A stretch of DNA of 64,000 bases from positions 2,638 to 66,637 of the forward strand of contig JBGUNA010000086.1 of NCBI GenBank assembly GCA_045117135.1, in the 5' to 3' direction. The notes beneath the pieces were generated by a model. The model was not told where the DNA came from. It did no database searches and worked only from the letters and a program-made list of their open reading frames with translations. Source of the DNA: Candidatus Limivicinus sp. (GTDB lineage Bacteria; Bacillota; Clostridia; Oscillospirales; Oscillospiraceae). Made by a program: the position numbers and the translations under genes. Positions 54,620 to 62,865 of the stretch are shown one piece after another. Each line of letters starts with the position of its first letter. Position 1 is the first letter of the stretch.

Positions 54620-56995
54620 ATGAAATCGGTAACCTTTAATGACAACTGGGCGGTTCGGCATCTGGAGGAAGAGGGAGACGGGATTCCTGTCACCATTCCG
54701 GATGATGCGATGCTCCGGGAACCGCGGACGGCAGATGCTGTCGGCGGGCTGAACGTGAGCTGGTTTGAAGGGCGTGACTACCTGTATGCGAAAACTTTTC
54801 ATTTGACGAAGGAGCAGGCCGAGGCACACAATGTGCTGGAGTTTGAAGGAGTCTATCGGAAGGCGGAGGTGTTTCTCAACGGTAAGAAAGCGGGATTCCG
54901 CCCCTATGGTTATACCAATTTCTATATAGAGTGCGACGGGTTCCTGAAGGAAGGCGAAAACCGGGTCGAGGTCATTGCCAGAAACGCAGACCAGCCGAAT
55001 TCCCGGTGGTATTCCGGCGCAGGCATTTACCGCCCGGTAAAATTATGGACTTCCGGAGAGAGACATATCGAGCTGAACGGAGTCAGGATCAGAACCCTGT
55101 CCGTGTACCCCGCCAAAGTGAAAGTGACGGTAAAGACTTCTGCGGAAGGCAAGGTCAGCGTGAAGATCTTCGGAGGGGAAACTACGCTCGCCTCTGTGGA
55201 AAGCATTGAGCGCAGCTTTACGCTTGATCTCCCGGATGCAAAACCCTGGAGCCCGGAAGCACCCGTCCTTTACACCTGCCGTGTGCAGTTTGAAGACGAC
55301 GAAGCGGTGGAGACCTTCGGGATCCGTACCTTGGCCTGGGGCAGGGAAGGGTTTTTGATCAATGGGGAGCGTGTGATTCTGCGGGGGGCGTGTGTCCATC
55401 ATGACAACGGTCTTCTCGGTGCGGTATGTGACCCGGATGCTCTGGAACGCAGGATCCGGATCCTGAAAGAGAACGGATACAATGCACTGCGCTCAGCCCA
55501 TAATCCCTGTTCCAAGACAGCGCTTGAGATCTGCGACAGGCTCGGCATGCTGGTTATGGATGAATACATTGATCACTGGTATATCCACAAAACCCTGCAT
55601 GACTATGTGGATTACTTTGCGGAGTGGTGGCAGCGGGACCTGAAGGATATGGTGGAGAAGGATTACAACCATCCATGCGTCATCCTGTATTCCACCGGCA
55701 ATGAAGTAGCCGAAACAGCGCAGCCAAAGGGGATTGCCCTGGCGAAAGAGATGACGGACTATCTGCATTCTCTGGACAGTACCCGCCCGGTCACCTGCGG
55801 TATCAACATTTTCTTTAACTTTCTCAATCACATCGGTTTCGGTCAGTATTCCGATGAAAAAGCGGCAAAGGAAGCGGAAAGAAACGAGAAAGCAAAAGCG
55901 AAGGGGAAAAAGGCAAAGGAGCGCTCGACCGGTTCCAAGTTTTTCAACGATGTCGCGGGAATAATGGGTGCAGGCTTTATGAAGACAGGTGCTACCCTGC
56001 ACGGTTCGGATGTGACGACGCGTGAAGCCTTTGCCAATATGGATATTGCCGGCTACAACTACGGAGAAAAACGCTACCGGAAAGACCTGAAAAACTATCC
56101 CGACCGGGTGATCCTCGGGTCGGAGACCTTCTGTTTTGATGCGTATAAATTCTGGGAACTTGCAAAATGCGAACCCCGCCTGATCGGGGATTTCGTCTGG
56201 GCCGGGATCGATTATCTGGGAGAGGTTATGATCGGCAGCTGGGAATATGCAGATTATGCAAAGAACTTCGGCCCGGATGTTGGCTGGATCAGTGCCGGGT
56301 CCGGGCGGATTGACCTTACCGGCAAGCCTCTCGGGGAAGCTTTCTACACCAGAGTGGCGTTTGAACTGGAAAAGGGACCGCGGATTGCAGTCCGCCCGCC
56401 CTGTCACGAGGGCAAACATTCACCCAGTGCCTGGAAGATGACAAATGCCATGCCGAGCTGGAGCTGGCAGGGCTGCGAAGGGAAGAAAACGGTTGTAGAG
56501 GTCTATGCCAGAGCGGCTGCTGTGGAACTGCTGATCAACGGCAAATCCATGGGAAAACAGAAAGCAAAGGATGATTGCGTATTCCTCTTCAAAGTGCCTT
56601 ATGAAAATGGGATCATCGAAGCGGTGAGCTATGACGAAATCGGTGCTGTGATCGGGAGAGACAGACTCGTCACGGCAGAGCCGGTGACGGTTTTGCGGGC
56701 TGTCCCGGAGGCAGAAACTGTCAAGCGCGGGCATCTGGCTTTCATTCGCCTGCAGTTGACCGACAAGATGGGAGAAGTCAAGCCAACGGAACGTAGTCTG
56801 ATCCGTGTATCCGTGAAAGGCGGAAAACTGCGGGCACTCGGTTCCGCCTGCCCATACTATGAACGGAGCTATCTCGACTCTGAGTGCGACACGTATTACG
56901 GGGAAGCCCTTGCCATCGTTGAAGTGGAGGATGATGTAACTCTCACAGCAGAAAGTAATTACGGCAGCTGTGAGGCAAGGGTTCACGCCGGATAA
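54620..56995 (+). CDS. Glycoside hydrolase family 2 enzyme, paralog B
   Basis: I placed the start at 54620 (MKSVTFNDNWAVRHL..); the track ORF starts at 54500. It is colinear with paralog A: ARNADQPNSRWYSGAGIYRPVKLW, RGACVHHDNG, NALRSAHNP, YNHPCVILYSTGNEVAE, TRPVTCGINIFFNFL. Confidence 0.85.
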   Translation: MKSVTFNDNWAVRHLEEEGDGIPVTIPDDAMLREPRTADAVGGLNVSWFEGRDYLYAKTFHLTKEQAEAHNVLEFEGVYRKAEVFLNGKKAGFRPYGYTNFYIECDGFLKEGENRVEVIARNADQPNSRWYSGAGIYRPVKLWTSGERHIELNGVRIRTLSVYPAKVKVTVKTSAEGKVSVKIFGGETTLASVESIERSFTLDLPDAKPWSPEAPVLYTCRVQFEDDEAVETFGIRTLAWGREGFLINGERVILRGACVHHDNGLLGAVCDPDALERRIRILKENGYNALRSAHNPCSKTALEICDRLGMLVMDEYIDHWYIHKTLHDYVDYFAEWWQRDLKDMVEKDYNHPCVILYSTGNEVAETAQPKGIALAKEMTDYLHSLDSTRPVTCGINIFFNFLNHIGFGQYSDEKAAKEAERNEKAKAKGKKAKERSTGSKFFNDVAGIMGAGFMKTGATLHGSDVTTREAFANMDIAGYNYGEKRYRKDLKNYPDRVILGSETFCFDAYKFWELAKCEPRLIGDFVWAGIDYLGEVMIGSWEYADYAKNFGPDVGWISAGSGRIDLTGKPLGEAFYTRVAFELEKGPRIAVRPPCHEGKHSPSAWKMTNAMPSWSWQGCEGKKTVVEVYARAAAVELLINGKSMGKQKAKDDCVFLFKVPYENGIIEAVSYDEIGAVIGRDRLVTAEPVTVLRAVPEAETVKRGHLAFIRLQLTDKMGEVKPTERSLIRVSVKGGKLRALGSACPYYERSYLDSECDTYYGEALAIVEVEDDVTLTAESNYGSCEARVHAG

Positions 56996-57011
56996 AAGAA
57001 CTGAAAATTCA

Positions 57012-57057
57012 AGCGCTGCAGATACTTCCCATTACAGGTTCTGCAGCGCTCATTTTT
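57012..57057 (+). terminator. Intrinsic terminator after GH2 paralog B
   Basis: 10-bp stem AGCGCTGCAG (57012-57021) / CTGCAGCGCT (57041-57050) followed by CATTTTTATCTTT. Confidence 0.7.
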
Positions 57058-57115
57058 ATCTTTCAGCAGAAAAGTTCAAATAACAGTGAATAAAACTTGG
57101 TTTTGAATAACAGTG

Positions 57116-57700
57116 TTATTTTAAAAGATTTACAATTTCATCTACGCATTTGTCAAGACCGAGTGAGGAGGTGCAGATCATCCGGTCATAATTGTGTCTG
57201 TCAGCCCACTTGCGGCCTGTTACATATTCATAGCTGGTTTTCCTGCGTTTGTCCATATCTTTGATTTTTTTCAAAGCTTCCTCTTCCGTGCAGTTTTCCA
57301 TGCGGCAGATGCGATCCACTTTGAAATCGGTGTCCGCGTAGAAGAAAAAGTGCAGTGCATGCGGGTTATCCCGCAAATAATAATCAGCTCGGCGCCCTGC
57401 TATGACGCAGTTGCCCTTTTCAGCCAGTTCTACAATAAACTTTCCCTGCTGGGCAAAAACAAAATCCGCATCCTGGTTTTCCCCGTTGGAAAGAATCGGG
57501 AAGGTTTCCCGGAAGATATTCCGGCGGATCAGCTTATCTTCAGTGGAGCGCATAAAAGACTCCGACACCAGAAGCTTCTCTGCAATCTGGGCAATCAGCT
57601 CTTTGTCATAGAACTTAAACCCCAGGGCATCCGCTGCCTTCTGGCCGATTTCATATCCGCCGCTGCCGTATTCACGGCTGATGGTAATGATATTTTTCAT
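57116..57700 (-). CDS. Cytidylate-kinase-like (AAA/P-loop NMP kinase fold) family protein
   Basis: 194 aa. The N-terminus MKNIITISREYGSGGYEIGQKAADALGFKFYDKELI is typical of this family. Confidence 0.75.
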   Translation of the reverse strand: MKNIITISREYGSGGYEIGQKAADALGFKFYDKELIAQIAEKLLVSESFMRSTEDKLIRRNIFRETFPILSNGENQDADFVFAQQGKFIVELAEKGNCVIAGRRADYYLRDNPHALHFFFYADTDFKVDRICRMENCTEEEALKKIKDMDKRRKTSYEYVTGRKWADRHNYDRMICTSSLGLDKCVDEIVNLLK

Positions 57701-57999
57701 TTAGGGACCTCCTTCACAATCTGGATTTTTTGTTTTCGGTTTAACACTATTATACACAGAAATAGCGGAAAGATAAACCATAATTTAAGCAATGCCGCCG
57801 GTTTTTGTGAAAAATAGATAATGAATTGCCGATCCCAGGCCAGTCAATCCTTCGACGTGCTGGGCAGCGGCAATTCCCGTTTGCCGGTTCTTTTCGGGAA
57901 ATGCGGATATCGTGTAGACGAAAAGGAGGAACTGCGCTATAATAAACACAATACACTTCAATTTTGTGATTCTGTGAAACAAAGGAGCAAAGGAACATC

Positions 58000-58707
58000 A
58001 TGACAACTCAGCAGGAAGTATTTGGTATTATCGGGGCAATGGATAATGAGATCGCTCTCTTCCGTGAAACAATGACCGTTGAACGGACAGAGCGTTGTGC
58101 GGCAATGGATTTTTATATCGGGACGCTGGAAAATACTCCCGCTGTTCTCGTAAAGTCCGGAGTGGGAAAGGTAAATGCGGGGATCTGTGCTCAGATCCTG
58201 ATCAGCAGATTTAACGTGACAAAAATCATCAACACCGGTGTTGCCGGTGCCCTCTGCGAGGATCTTGACATCGGAGACCTGGTCATTTCCACGGAGGCTG
58301 TGCAGCATGATTTTGACGCTAGTGTGCTCGGATTTGCGAAGGGCGAGATCCTCTATACCGGGATGGTGGCGTTCCCGGCTGACGAAGATCTTCGGGAGAA
58401 AGCCGTAGAGGCAATTTCCGTGCTGTATCCCGATTTTTCTGTTAACCAGGGCCGGATCTGCTCCGGAGACCAGTTCATTTCATCACTGGATCAGAAGCAG
58501 AAGATCATTTCCGAGTTCGGCGGCCTCTGCTGCGATATGGAAGGCGCTGCAATCGCCCAGGCCTGCTGGCTGAACGGCGTCCCCTGGGTGGTCCTTCGGG
58601 CAATCTCCGATAAGGTGGACGGAACCGGAGATGTCCAGTTTGAATCTTTCGCCGATCTTGCTGCCCATTGCTCCGCCTCGGTTGTGCTGCATATGCTGGC
58701 AAAGTAA
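58000..58707 (+). CDS. mtnN: 5'-methylthioadenosine/S-adenosylhomocysteine nucleosidase
   Basis: 235 aa. Motifs: GIIGAMDNEI, VKSGVGKVNA, NTGVAGAL, CCDMEGAAIAQ, LRAISD. Confidence 0.88.
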   Translation: MTTQQEVFGIIGAMDNEIALFRETMTVERTERCAAMDFYIGTLENTPAVLVKSGVGKVNAGICAQILISRFNVTKIINTGVAGALCEDLDIGDLVISTEAVQHDFDASVLGFAKGEILYTGMVAFPADEDLREKAVEAISVLYPDFSVNQGRICSGDQFISSLDQKQKIISEFGGLCCDMEGAAIAQACWLNGVPWVVLRAISDKVDGTGDVQFESFADLAAHCSASVVLHMLAK

Positions 58708-58708
58708 A

Positions 58709-59407
58709 ATGGCGTATGACTTTACGGTTCGCACCAGACAGGATCTGATCGACGCGGTTCAGGAGTACGGGATCGTTCCGTACTTCTCCACGTCCATCCC
58801 GGGATTTTCATTGGAAGAACACTGTCCTCCGGTTGTTCTGTTTTCCGATACCGGGGAGGATACCTGGGCGTGGAAAGGGCCTGTAATCCGTGCTACCGGC
58901 TGCGCTTACGGGAAGTTCTTCGAAAAGAAGTCTGCCTATGTGAGCAGAGAGATTTTTCTCGATCTGGCGAATTACCGGCGGGACGGCTATGATTTTGATG
59001 CCCGCTATGATGACGGCCTTGCGAAATTTCAGGATAAGCAGTTGTTTGACCTGATTGATGCCAACGCACCCGTCCTGTCCAAGGAACTGCGCAGAACAGG
59101 CGGCTATGCCTACAGCGGAAGATGGCAGAAGACGGAAGGGACCAAAGGGTTTGACACTTCCGTTACCCGATTGCAGGAACAGTGCTATGTGATTATCAGT
59201 GACTTTGTTTATACACTGGATAAACACGGAAATAAACGGGGCTGGGGCGTTGCGGAATACAGTACGCCGGAGAAGGTTATGGGAAAAGACTTTTCGGATC
59301 ATGTTTACCGGAGAACCCCGGCGGAGTCTCGGGAACGGCTGCTGGAGCATCTTGCGAAGCTGTTTCCGCAGGCAGTAGAAAAAGATTTAAGGCGCTTTCT
59401 GAAGTGA
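58709..59407 (+). CDS. AlkZ/YcaQ-related winged-helix protein (short form)
   Basis: The ATG at 58709 lies 1 nt after the mtnN stop (the track ORF starts at 58631). Boxes recalled from AlkZ-related proteins: IVPYF..IPGFSLEE, WAWKGPVI..GCAYGKFF, ANYRRDGYDFDARYDDGLA. Confidence 0.5.
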   Translation: MAYDFTVRTRQDLIDAVQEYGIVPYFSTSIPGFSLEEHCPPVVLFSDTGEDTWAWKGPVIRATGCAYGKFFEKKSAYVSREIFLDLANYRRDGYDFDARYDDGLAKFQDKQLFDLIDANAPVLSKELRRTGGYAYSGRWQKTEGTKGFDTSVTRLQEQCYVIISDFVYTLDKHGNKRGWGVAEYSTPEKVMGKDFSDHVYRRTPAESRERLLEHLAKLFPQAVEKDLRRFLK

Positions 59408-59423
59408 TTTGGAGGATAGTAGA

Positions 59424-59891
59424 ATGAGGCGTAAAGACAGGGAAGTTACGGACCAGAAAGAAATCTTTGATATCCTGAATCGCTGTGATACAGTGCGCAT
59501 AGCAATGCAGGGAGAAGAGTATCCTTATGTTGTTCCGGTATCCTTCGGAGCGGAGATGCAGGACGGAAAGCCGGTTATTTACTTCCACTGTGCCAGGCAG
59601 GGCCTGAAGGTTGACCTGCTGAAGGAAAACCCCGCCGTATGTGTGGAGGGCGATATCTTCCTCAAAATAGAGCCCACTGATCATGGGATCACAACCCGCT
59701 ATGAAAGTGTGATCGGCTTTGGTGAGAGCCGGTTCCTGACTGATCCGGAGGAGATCCTGCACGGCCTGAAGGTGCTGACAGAGCATTACGGGTTCTTTGA
59801 CTATCCGCTTGAGAGCTGTCGTCCGCTTCAATATGTCTTCGTGGGGAAAATTGTTCTGGATGAAATCACCGGGAAACGTAATCTCCCGTAA
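59424..59891 (+). CDS. Pyridoxamine 5'-phosphate oxidase-fold FMN-binding protein (Nim/flavin reductase-like)
   Basis: ATG at 59424 after GGAGGA. MRRKDREVTDQKEIFDILNRCDTVRIAM..PYVVPVSFG...IYFHCARQGLKVDLL.. is typical of this family. Confidence 0.75.
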   Translation: MRRKDREVTDQKEIFDILNRCDTVRIAMQGEEYPYVVPVSFGAEMQDGKPVIYFHCARQGLKVDLLKENPAVCVEGDIFLKIEPTDHGITTRYESVIGFGESRFLTDPEEILHGLKVLTEHYGFFDYPLESCRPLQYVFVGKIVLDEITGKRNLP

Positions 59892-59978
59892 AGAAAGCAC
59901 AGAGGACAAATCTGTGTTCATCGGGACAAAAGGCCATCCTGCCACAGGCAGATCAATAGGAAAGAGGAAAAGGACATC

Positions 59979-60947
59979 ATGACAGAGATCTCAATCCGTG
60001 ATATTTCCGATATCCGAATCGGCCAGGTTGAAAATGCAGATGCTGGGACCGGCTGCACGGTTCTGGTCTGCAAAAAAGGAATGCGGGCGGGCATAGACAT
60101 CCGCGGCGGCGGGCCGGCTTCCAGAGAAACACCGCTTCTGAATCCTCTTATGTCAGCAAAGAATATTCATGCTGTTGTGCTGGCAGGAGGGAGTGCTTTC
60201 GGCCTTGGTGCAGCAAACGGGGTCGTGCAATATCTGGAAGAGCAGAATATCGGTTACGATGTCAGTGTTACAAAAGTGCCGCTCGTTGTCCAGTCAGACA
60301 TTTTTGACCTGACGGTCGGAGATCCATTTGTCCGGCCGGATCCTGCGATGGGTTATGAAGCGGCAAAGAGGGCAATCGAGGCACCGAATTATACAGACGG
60401 AAACTACGGGGTCGGCTGCGGTGCAACAGTGGGAAAACTTGGCGGTATGGAAACCTGTATGAAAACCGGGATCGGCAGTTATGCGGTTCAGATCGGAGAG
60501 CTTCAGGTTGGCGCCGTTGTGGTTGTAAACGCACTCGGAGATGTCTATGACTGGAAAACGGGCAGGCAGATTGCAGGCATGCTCACGGAAGATAAAACCG
60601 CTCTTCGCAGTAGTGCGGAGTTTATGAAGTCCAGCATCAAAGCCGTGGACAACAAATTCGTCGGGAATACCACGCTCGCTGTTGTGATTACCAATGCAGA
60701 CTTTGACAAGGCGCAGCTTTGCAAAATTGCGGGCATGGCGCAGGACGGATATGCCAGAGCTATCCATCCGGTACACACATCTGCCGACGGGGACAGTATT
60801 TATGCGGTGTCGGTCGGAGATCTGCCGGCAGATCAGGACCTTGTCGGGGCGCTGGCTGCCGAGGTTGTCAGCGAAGCCATTCTCCGGGCAGCGCTGCTTG
60901 CCGAGAGCGCCTACGGTTTCCCGTCTGCTTCAGAATTTTGGAGGTAA
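59979..60947 (+). CDS. P1/S58-family peptidase (DmpA/L-aminopeptidase D-esterase-like, Ntn hydrolase)
   Basis: 322 aa. Motifs: GCTVLV, GGGPASRET, VVLAGGSAFGL, GVGCGATVGK, GNTTLAVVITNA, DGDSIYA. Confidence 0.8.
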   Translation: MTEISIRDISDIRIGQVENADAGTGCTVLVCKKGMRAGIDIRGGGPASRETPLLNPLMSAKNIHAVVLAGGSAFGLGAANGVVQYLEEQNIGYDVSVTKVPLVVQSDIFDLTVGDPFVRPDPAMGYEAAKRAIEAPNYTDGNYGVGCGATVGKLGGMETCMKTGIGSYAVQIGELQVGAVVVVNALGDVYDWKTGRQIAGMLTEDKTALRSSAEFMKSSIKAVDNKFVGNTTLAVVITNADFDKAQLCKIAGMAQDGYARAIHPVHTSADGDSIYAVSVGDLPADQDLVGALAAEVVSEAILRAALLAESAYGFPSASEFWR

Positions 60948-60949
60948 CT

Positions 60950-61156
60950 ATGGAAAACACAAAGCTGAATCGTATCAATGAACTGGCAGCGCTTGCCAAA
61001 GTACGGGAACTGACTGCCGAGGAACTGATCGAGCGGGATGCGCTGCGAAAAGAATACATTGCCGAATGGCGGCGCGGTGCGGAGCAGGTGCTGGAAAACA
61101 CCTATATCCTGACCCCGGACGGAAAGAAAACAAAGCTCAAAAAGCGAGAGAAATAA
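60950..61156 (+). CDS. DUF896 (UPF0291, YnzC-like) small protein
   Basis: 68 aa: MENTKLNRINELAALAKVRELTAEELIERDALRKEYIAEWRRGAEQVLENTYILTPDGKKTKLKKREK. GGAGG lies 5 nt upstream. The track merges it into a longer out-of-context ORF (60719-61156). Confidence 0.75.
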   Translation: MENTKLNRINELAALAKVRELTAEELIERDALRKEYIAEWRRGAEQVLENTYILTPDGKKTKLKKREK

Positions 61157-61252
61157 TATAATCTTAAACAGTATGACAAAAGGACAAAATTCCTTTCAAA
61201 CAGGTGAAGGCGCCTGCCGGGAATATTGTCCTTTATTGCGTAATTCTTTCTG

Positions 61253-62737
61253 TCAGTTAATGCAAAGTTCGTATTTTTCCACGTCTATGAGCACACTTCC
61301 GTCCGAGGAAAAGCTGATGGAGCCTGCCTCGACCGGTGTGTATAGCACGAATGAGGCTGCCTGCTCACCATCGTTTACAAACAATTCCATGCTGTAGCGA
61401 TCTAAGATCAGCCGCAGTTTCAGCTCTCCGTACTTCGAACTTACCGGGAACTCACGGACATTGACAATGTCATGCGGAAAACCGCTGTGTGTACGGTCAA
61501 CCTTGATGGTTCCCGTCTCTGGCTTAAAACGGATGAGGGTATAATGCACGCCGTCACGGGCTACATAAAGTCGAAACCATTTGTACATGTTGTGGTCGTT
61601 TCCTGGACGAACCGTAACAGTCATATCCATGCATCGTCCCTGTATGCCGCGCAAGCTTGTTTCTCCGTTGATGAGAACATTCTGATAATCGATTTTGATT
61701 CCGCGGTACTGCTCAATCTCCCGTACCGGAACCTGACAGAGGCGTCCCTTTCGAACAGAAAGTTCACGCGGCAGAGTCATCTGCCCAAAAAAGCGCATTT
61801 CTTTCTGGACGCAGGAAGATGTCTCCCAGTTTTGCATCCAGGCAATCATCACACGCCGCCCGTCCGACGTCAGGAGCGTTTGCGGAGCATAGAAATCCAA
61901 TCCGTAGTCGATTGCCTGTACACGTTGGCGATTCAGATGATGTGTATGATTGTTATACTGCCCAAGCAGACAGACGTTAGCATTGCCCGGGTGGAACTCC
62001 AGCCCGATAGCACTCATTTCCTGAGGGCTGACAAACAGCACATCATTTTCATCCAGACGAAAGAAGTCAGGGCACTCCCACATCTTTCCGTACTGGTTAT
62101 GACAAGAAGATAAGACACTTACAAACTGCCAGTGTAGTGTGTCCTCACTTTCATAAAGGAGAATTGTACCGCTGTCGTCTGCACAGCGATTGCCGACCAC
62201 TACGTAGTACTTTCCGTCTTCCCGCCAGATTTTCGGATCGCGAAAATCAAGGATACTGCCACCTTCCGGAACCATGGACCCATCTATGACTGGGTTAAAT
62301 TCATATTTTTCGTAGTCCGTGCCATCGCCGATCGCAATGCATTGGGTCTGAAAAGACTCCAGCTTTCCATCCCTGCGACGGACGTTGCGCACACCTGTAT
62401 ACATCAGTAAATGTCGCCCATCCGGCAGTTCTAAAGCACTGCCGGAAAAACATCCACCCTTGTCATAATCACGATCCGGGGCCAGAGCAGCCGGAAGACG
62501 CTCCCAGCGTATAAAATCTTTTGTTTTTACGTGGCCCCAATGCATCGGGCCCCACTTGGTGTCATAGGGATAATACTGAAAGAAAAGATGATATTCCCCT
62601 TTGTATGGTGCGAAGCCGTTTGGATCATTGATCCAGCCGATTCCTCCGGTTACGTGGAAAAAGGGCAGTTCTTTTGCCGTATAAGGAAGGTATTTCTTTT
62701 CAAAATTCCTTGCACGACGCAGTTTTTCGCTCAGCAC
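61253..62737 (-). CDS. GH32 beta-fructofuranosidase / sucrose-6-phosphate hydrolase
   Basis: 494 aa with a GTG start after GGAGGA. Catalytic boxes: WINDPNG, FRDPKIW, WECPDFF. Confidence 0.9.
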   Translation of the reverse strand: MLSEKLRRARNFEKKYLPYTAKELPFFHVTGGIGWINDPNGFAPYKGEYHLFFQYYPYDTKWGPMHWGHVKTKDFIRWERLPAALAPDRDYDKGGCFSGSALELPDGRHLLMYTGVRNVRRRDGKLESFQTQCIAIGDGTDYEKYEFNPVIDGSMVPEGGSILDFRDPKIWREDGKYYVVVGNRCADDSGTILLYESEDTLHWQFVSVLSSCHNQYGKMWECPDFFRLDENDVLFVSPQEMSAIGLEFHPGNANVCLLGQYNNHTHHLNRQRVQAIDYGLDFYAPQTLLTSDGRRVMIAWMQNWETSSCVQKEMRFFGQMTLPRELSVRKGRLCQVPVREIEQYRGIKIDYQNVLINGETSLRGIQGRCMDMTVTVRPGNDHNMYKWFRLYVARDGVHYTLIRFKPETGTIKVDRTHSGFPHDIVNVREFPVSSKYGELKLRLILDRYSMELFVNDGEQAASFVLYTPVEAGSISFSSDGSVLIDVEKYELCIN

Positions 62738-62865
62738 AAAAGCATTCCTCCTTTTCCGGATAAAGAGAAAGGCTTTCCGAGGAAAGCCTTTCTCCCTGTC
62801 TGTTTTGTGAAGCGTAACAGACAGTTTTGTGTTTGCTGAAGCTAAAAATGGAAGCGAACGAGTAA

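Noticed and set aside
52390-56419. Long antisense ORFs 52390-53730 (446 aa, +) and 55493-56419 (308 aa, -) inside the two GH2 genes.
   Set aside because: They are mirror frames of the GH2 coding sequences, which carry unmistakable GH2 motifs, and they have no independent signals.
57701-57999. SAM, SAH or SAM-SAH riboswitch upstream of mtnN.
   Set aside because: I could not match the conserved cores of these riboswitch classes by eye. Only a generic long hairpin is present, and it is reported separately as a low-interest finding. An Rfam scan is needed before any such call.
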